From assembly GCA_041572575.1 (NCBI GenBank), contig JBFFSH010000042.1, positions 1 through 20,749 on the forward strand: 20,749 nucleotides of DNA, in the 5' to 3' direction. The DNA is from Thermodesulfobacteriota bacterium (GTDB lineage Bacteria > Desulfobacterota_D > UBA1144 > Nemesobacterales > N074bin48). Within the stretch, counting starts at the first letter, position 1. Every line of letters starts with the position of its first letter. The translations under genes were made by a program, and so were the position numbers. This document shows, one piece after another, positions 17,945 through 20,749 of the stretch. The notes under the pieces were generated by a model. It was not told the origin of the DNA and searched no databases. It was given only the letters and a program-made list of their open reading frames with translations.

Positions 17945-18550
17945 CTATTTCTTTTTCAAAGCACGCAGATTAGTATAGTACTGTGTGAACACCCAGTCAT
18001 CAGCTGCAGCTGCCTGATGACAGGCATTACATGCAGCAGCGGGAAATATTTTTGCCGTATCTTTGTAAGGAAGAGAATGATCCGGTTTGGAAAAACTAAA
18101 ATACCCCCAATTGCCTGGTTCTTTAGGGAATCTTTTTGAATCTTTAATAGTTGCTTCCAGTCCTAAAAATTCACCTTCAAAATAACCATTACCGCTCACA
18201 GCACTCTTGGAACCGACGCTTATAAGTTCTTTCATAAGTATAGTTCCTTCTCTGAACTTACCCGTTTCTTTATAATGTTTATAACTTACAGGATCTATAT
18301 ATACGTGATGGAACTCAGGGAAAGGGGCTTTGCCGTTGTTCATGTCATTAGGAGTTACAGGAGTTCCAACAAAAATCCATTCCCTGTAACCTTCTGGCTT
18401 TATGAGCTCACCTTTTTCGTTAAATTTATATGCAGCATCAGATTTCTCTGCTACAGATGATTTTGAAAAAACAAACAACGTTAAAACTAATGCAAAAACA
18501 ACTAAACCCAAAACAGCAAAATTCTTTTTAAAATATGTACTGTTCTTCAT
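17945..18550 (-). CDS. cytL: Cytochrome P460 (paralogue A, Nitrosomonas CytL-like)
   Basis: Start moved to the ATG at 18550 (SD AAGGAGG). Signal peptide, then FNEKGEL..P..YREW, VTPN..N.GKAPF, GTILMKEL, SGNGYF, GLEA, EPGNW, CNACH and VFTQYY. Confidence 0.88.
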   Translation of the reverse strand: MKNSTYFKKNFAVLGLVVFALVLTLFVFSKSSVAEKSDAAYKFNEKGELIKPEGYREWIFVGTPVTPNDMNNGKAPFPEFHHVYIDPVSYKHYKETGKFREGTILMKELISVGSKSAVSGNGYFEGEFLGLEATIKDSKRFPKEPGNWGYFSFSKPDHSLPYKDTAKIFPAAACNACHQAAAADDWVFTQYYTNLRALKKK

Positions 18551-18615
18551 GGTACGCCTCCTTATCATTTAACAAGTTATGATCTTGTTTTGTAGATATT
18601 TATTAATTGAATCTG

Positions 18616-18683
18616 AGATATTCTGAATATTCATCTCTTATTTAAATAGACAAATCAAAATATTAAATGGATTCAGAATATCT
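18616..18683. repeat. 13-bp perfect inverted repeat upstream of the P460 pair
   Basis: AGATATTCTGAAT (18616-18628) and ATTCAGAATATCT (18671-18683), separated by 42 bp. Confidence 0.6.
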
Positions 18684-18719
18684 AATATTTATGAATAAAT
18701 TACAGAAGGGCGATAGTCT

Positions 18720-19751
18720 TTAGTTATACTGATCAATATTATCCTTTAGATCAATAATGATTTCATCAGCTAGCTCTTTTGGCTCTAAAACCTTCACATT
18801 TGATCCAAAACCTTTGATCCAACCTGTAAGGATCATATTTATATCACTTTCAAACTTAAGCTCCACACTACCGTCTTTATAAAGCCTTTCCATCTGATTG
18901 GGGTACCATTCTCTCTCTAAGATATAGTCCTTTATCTCCGGGCTGAAAAGCAGTTTAATACTGTGCTTTTTGTCCTCAAATTTAAAAAGACTGCCATCAA
19001 AATATTCTTCAACATCAAAATCTCCGGGGTAATCAAAATTATCCTCGATTATCTCAAGCTCTTTAATCCGGTGTAGTGCCATACTTACAATTATATTTTC
19101 CTTTTCATATTCGGGTTTACTGAGGTTTCTTGCAAGCACATATATTGCATCTCTGTAATTAAAAAAATGTAGCGGAGCGATCCTGTATTTTTTTTCTTTT
19201 TTCCCTTTTCCGTAAGTAATCTCGCATATTCTGAAATCAAGCGCAGCTTCAATAATTTTTTCCAGAAATATAAGTCTGCTCTTCTCACCATAAATCTTGC
19301 CACCGAGCTCTCTTGGCAGAATGAACAGGTTCGATACGCGGTTAAAAAAATCATTGCCTGCATTCTTTTTAGCTTCTGTAGCAGTAAGATCAATTTTATT
19401 AAAAACCTCTTTTAAATTGCTCTGCATAAATGGAATGTCTTTAAAATGGGCAAATCCCCTAATGAAATATAGAGCTAAAACTTCATAGGTATTTAAAAGT
19501 AGAGGGCGGAAAGTAGCAGCCTGTTTTTCTATTCTATATCTGTATCTGTTGTCCGGTCCTCTGTCTTTTATGAGGTTTATTCCAAAGATATTTCCTTCTA
19601 TTGATTTAAGGTCTCTTCTTACGGTCTTCTCACTTTTGTATACAGCTTCTGCAATTTCTTCCACCGTAACACCTGTCTTGTGATTAGAGAGACATTCTAT
19701 TAAATAGTAAAATCTGTCGTACTTTCCAATCGGCTCTGGAATATCTATCAT
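18720..19751 (-). CDS. HTH-WYL-WCX transcriptional regulator
   Basis: Start moved to the ATG at 19751 (GGAGGAAAGGG upstream). wHTH VTVEEIAE...SEKTVRRDL; WYL core YRIAPLHFFNYRDAIYVLA...MALHRI; C-terminal WIKGFGSNVKVLEPKEL. Confidence 0.92.
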   Translation of the reverse strand: MIDIPEPIGKYDRFYYLIECLSNHKTGVTVEEIAEAVYKSEKTVRRDLKSIEGNIFGINLIKDRGPDNRYRYRIEKQAATFRPLLLNTYEVLALYFIRGFAHFKDIPFMQSNLKEVFNKIDLTATEAKKNAGNDFFNRVSNLFILPRELGGKIYGEKSRLIFLEKIIEAALDFRICEITYGKGKKEKKYRIAPLHFFNYRDAIYVLARNLSKPEYEKENIIVSMALHRIKELEIIEDNFDYPGDFDVEEYFDGSLFKFEDKKHSIKLLFSPEIKDYILEREWYPNQMERLYKDGSVELKFESDINMILTGWIKGFGSNVKVLEPKELADEIIIDLKDNIDQYN

Positions 19752-19801
19752 TTTCCCTTTCCTCCAAACTTTTTTTACTATTTTAAAAATATTTTTACTG
19801 T

Positions 19802-19818
19802 TGGACACAAAATGTCCA
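19802..19818. promoter_or_regulatory. TGGACA-N5-TGTCCA palindrome, candidate WYL-regulator binding site
   Basis: Perfect 6-bp arms in the AT-rich spacer between the divergent WYL and 201-aa genes. Confidence 0.6.
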
Positions 19819-19878
19819 TTGGCTATTTAATAATTAATTTATAAATAATTAATATTCTACAAATATTGGAGGTGCAAA

Positions 19879-20484
19879 ATGTATGAAATAACCAGGCTTA
19901 TAAATCATGTGATTTGTGGAAGTGATAGTAAGAAAAAAGAAATTGTGGAGAAATTAGGCTACAAAGAGGACATGTATAGAGGCTACAGCAGACTTAGAGG
20001 CCTTATGCAGACAGGAAAATGTGATTCTGAAATAAGAGAGAATCTTCCACAGGCATTGGGAATTGATAAAAAATTCGTACAGGAAGCATTCGATAAAACA
20101 GACAAAAAACTGAATAAACAAAGAGATATCCATTCATCAAACAGACATAAGCTTGAGAGAAGAAGATTCAGGCCTTACCTTTGGATAGAACATGAGTATG
20201 ACCATATAATTTCAAAATCTTATATGAATTCATCCCGTTACAACGATATAAAGAAAATTGAGCTTCCTGAATTTATTAGTTCTTTGAAGTGGGAAGATCA
20301 GTTAAAAGTGATAAGAAGATACATAAACATGAATCAAAAAAGTCAAAAAGATAAGAGACTAGGTGAGGTAAAAAACTATCTTTATTTTAAAGATTCAGAT
20401 CAAAGTTACCTCTTCGATGCCTATGGAGGCCATGTAACAACAAATAATGCGGTACAGCGCGATTTACTCTTTGCAGTAAGTTAG
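19879..20484 (+). CDS. Hypothetical protein with XRE-like N-terminal helical domain
   Basis: Strong SD GGAGGT. The N-terminus KKEIVEKLGY...RGYSRL...LPQALGID is HTH-like, followed by a charged helix and ERRRFRPYLW. C-terminal domain unknown. Confidence 0.8.
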   Translation: MYEITRLINHVICGSDSKKKEIVEKLGYKEDMYRGYSRLRGLMQTGKCDSEIRENLPQALGIDKKFVQEAFDKTDKKLNKQRDIHSSNRHKLERRRFRPYLWIEHEYDHIISKSYMNSSRYNDIKKIELPEFISSLKWEDQLKVIRRYINMNQKSQKDKRLGEVKNYLYFKDSDQSYLFDAYGGHVTTNNAVQRDLLFAVS

Positions 20485-20517
20485 AACCTATACCATTAAA
20501 ACAGCAATAACCACTCC

Positions 20518-20620
20518 GGCTCCTTATTATTAATACACCCCTTTTGGTAAGGAGCCAAAAAAACACTTTAAGTTTTGCCACTTAACATACCCCATCCTGA
20601 ACCCGGAAAGGGTGGGGTAT
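20518..20620. other. Three consecutive stem-loops (terminators or structured RNA)
   Basis: GGCTCCTTAT/GTAAGGAGCC (20518-20556), TTAAGT/ACTTAA (20568-20585) and ATACCCCATCCT/AGGGTGGGGTAT (20587-20620). Confidence 0.55.
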
Positions 20621-20749
20621 ATTTATAATTCTTTTTAGCACTAATTATTTAACACATTAAAAAAATTTATTACTATTAAGATAGAAAGATATTTATATTG
20701 TTTTTATTTGGAATATAAATCGTGCGTAAATTTGTAACAATAATAATTA

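Noticed and set aside
18551..18568. MIRRRT N-terminal extension of P460-A (apparent twin-arginine motif)
   Set aside because: These codons are the AAGGAGG SD of the ATG at 18550, and c-type cytochromes are normally Sec-exported.
12138..19488. Other short overlapping ORFs (12138, 13501, 13801, 14608, 15038, 18275, 19091, 19297; also 272, 4579, 5232)
   Set aside because: Each overlaps a better-supported CDS and has no recognisable motif.
19752..19808. N-terminal 19 aa of the WYL ORF as given in the track
   Set aside because: That ATG has no SD and sits inside the palindrome; the ATG at 19751 has a strong SD.
15589..20484. Prophage or integrative element suggested by the XRE and WYL regulators
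   Set aside because: No integrase, transposase, phage structural gene, tRNA target or clear att repeat in the window.
20387..20581. 64-aa minus-strand ORF, and an 8-codon hydrophobic peptide (MVIAVLMV) behind a sequestered SD, as a type I toxin
   Set aside because: The 64-aa ORF overlaps the 201-aa gene, lacks an SD and runs through the hairpins. The 8-aa peptide is too short to span a membrane.

Overview
AT-rich bacterial chromosomal window using the standard genetic code, with no rRNA, tRNA, CRISPR array or transposase/integrase visible. The left part holds a Tat-exported intradiol dioxygenase-like protein, lon, mgsA, several small proteins, a YpfJ-type Zn-peptidase and an orphan membrane-anchored gene broken by an in-frame TGA. 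The middle holds a short-chain acyl-CoA operon (ACAD-tetR-hbd-crt-thiolase) with a clean sigma70 promoter and a perfect 18-bp operator, then a K+ channel and prmA. The right ~7 kb is rich in regulators and exported proteins. It contains a secreted His/Cys protein + ECF sigma + anti-sigma module with an ECF-type promoter, and an XRE regulator. It also contains a minus-strand run of two tandem cytochrome P460 paralogues, a nonsense-interrupted lipoprotein MBL-fold hydrolase and a secreted pentapeptide-repeat protein. One P460 has both the cross-link Lys and the distal Glu; the other has the Lys but Phe at the Glu position. The window ends with an HTH-WYL regulator divergent from an uncharacterised 201-aa gene, a TGGACA-N5-TGTCCA palindrome between them, and a three-hairpin segment downstream. 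The best leads are the P460 pair and the WYL/201-aa module. All family calls come from motif recognition; no searches were run.
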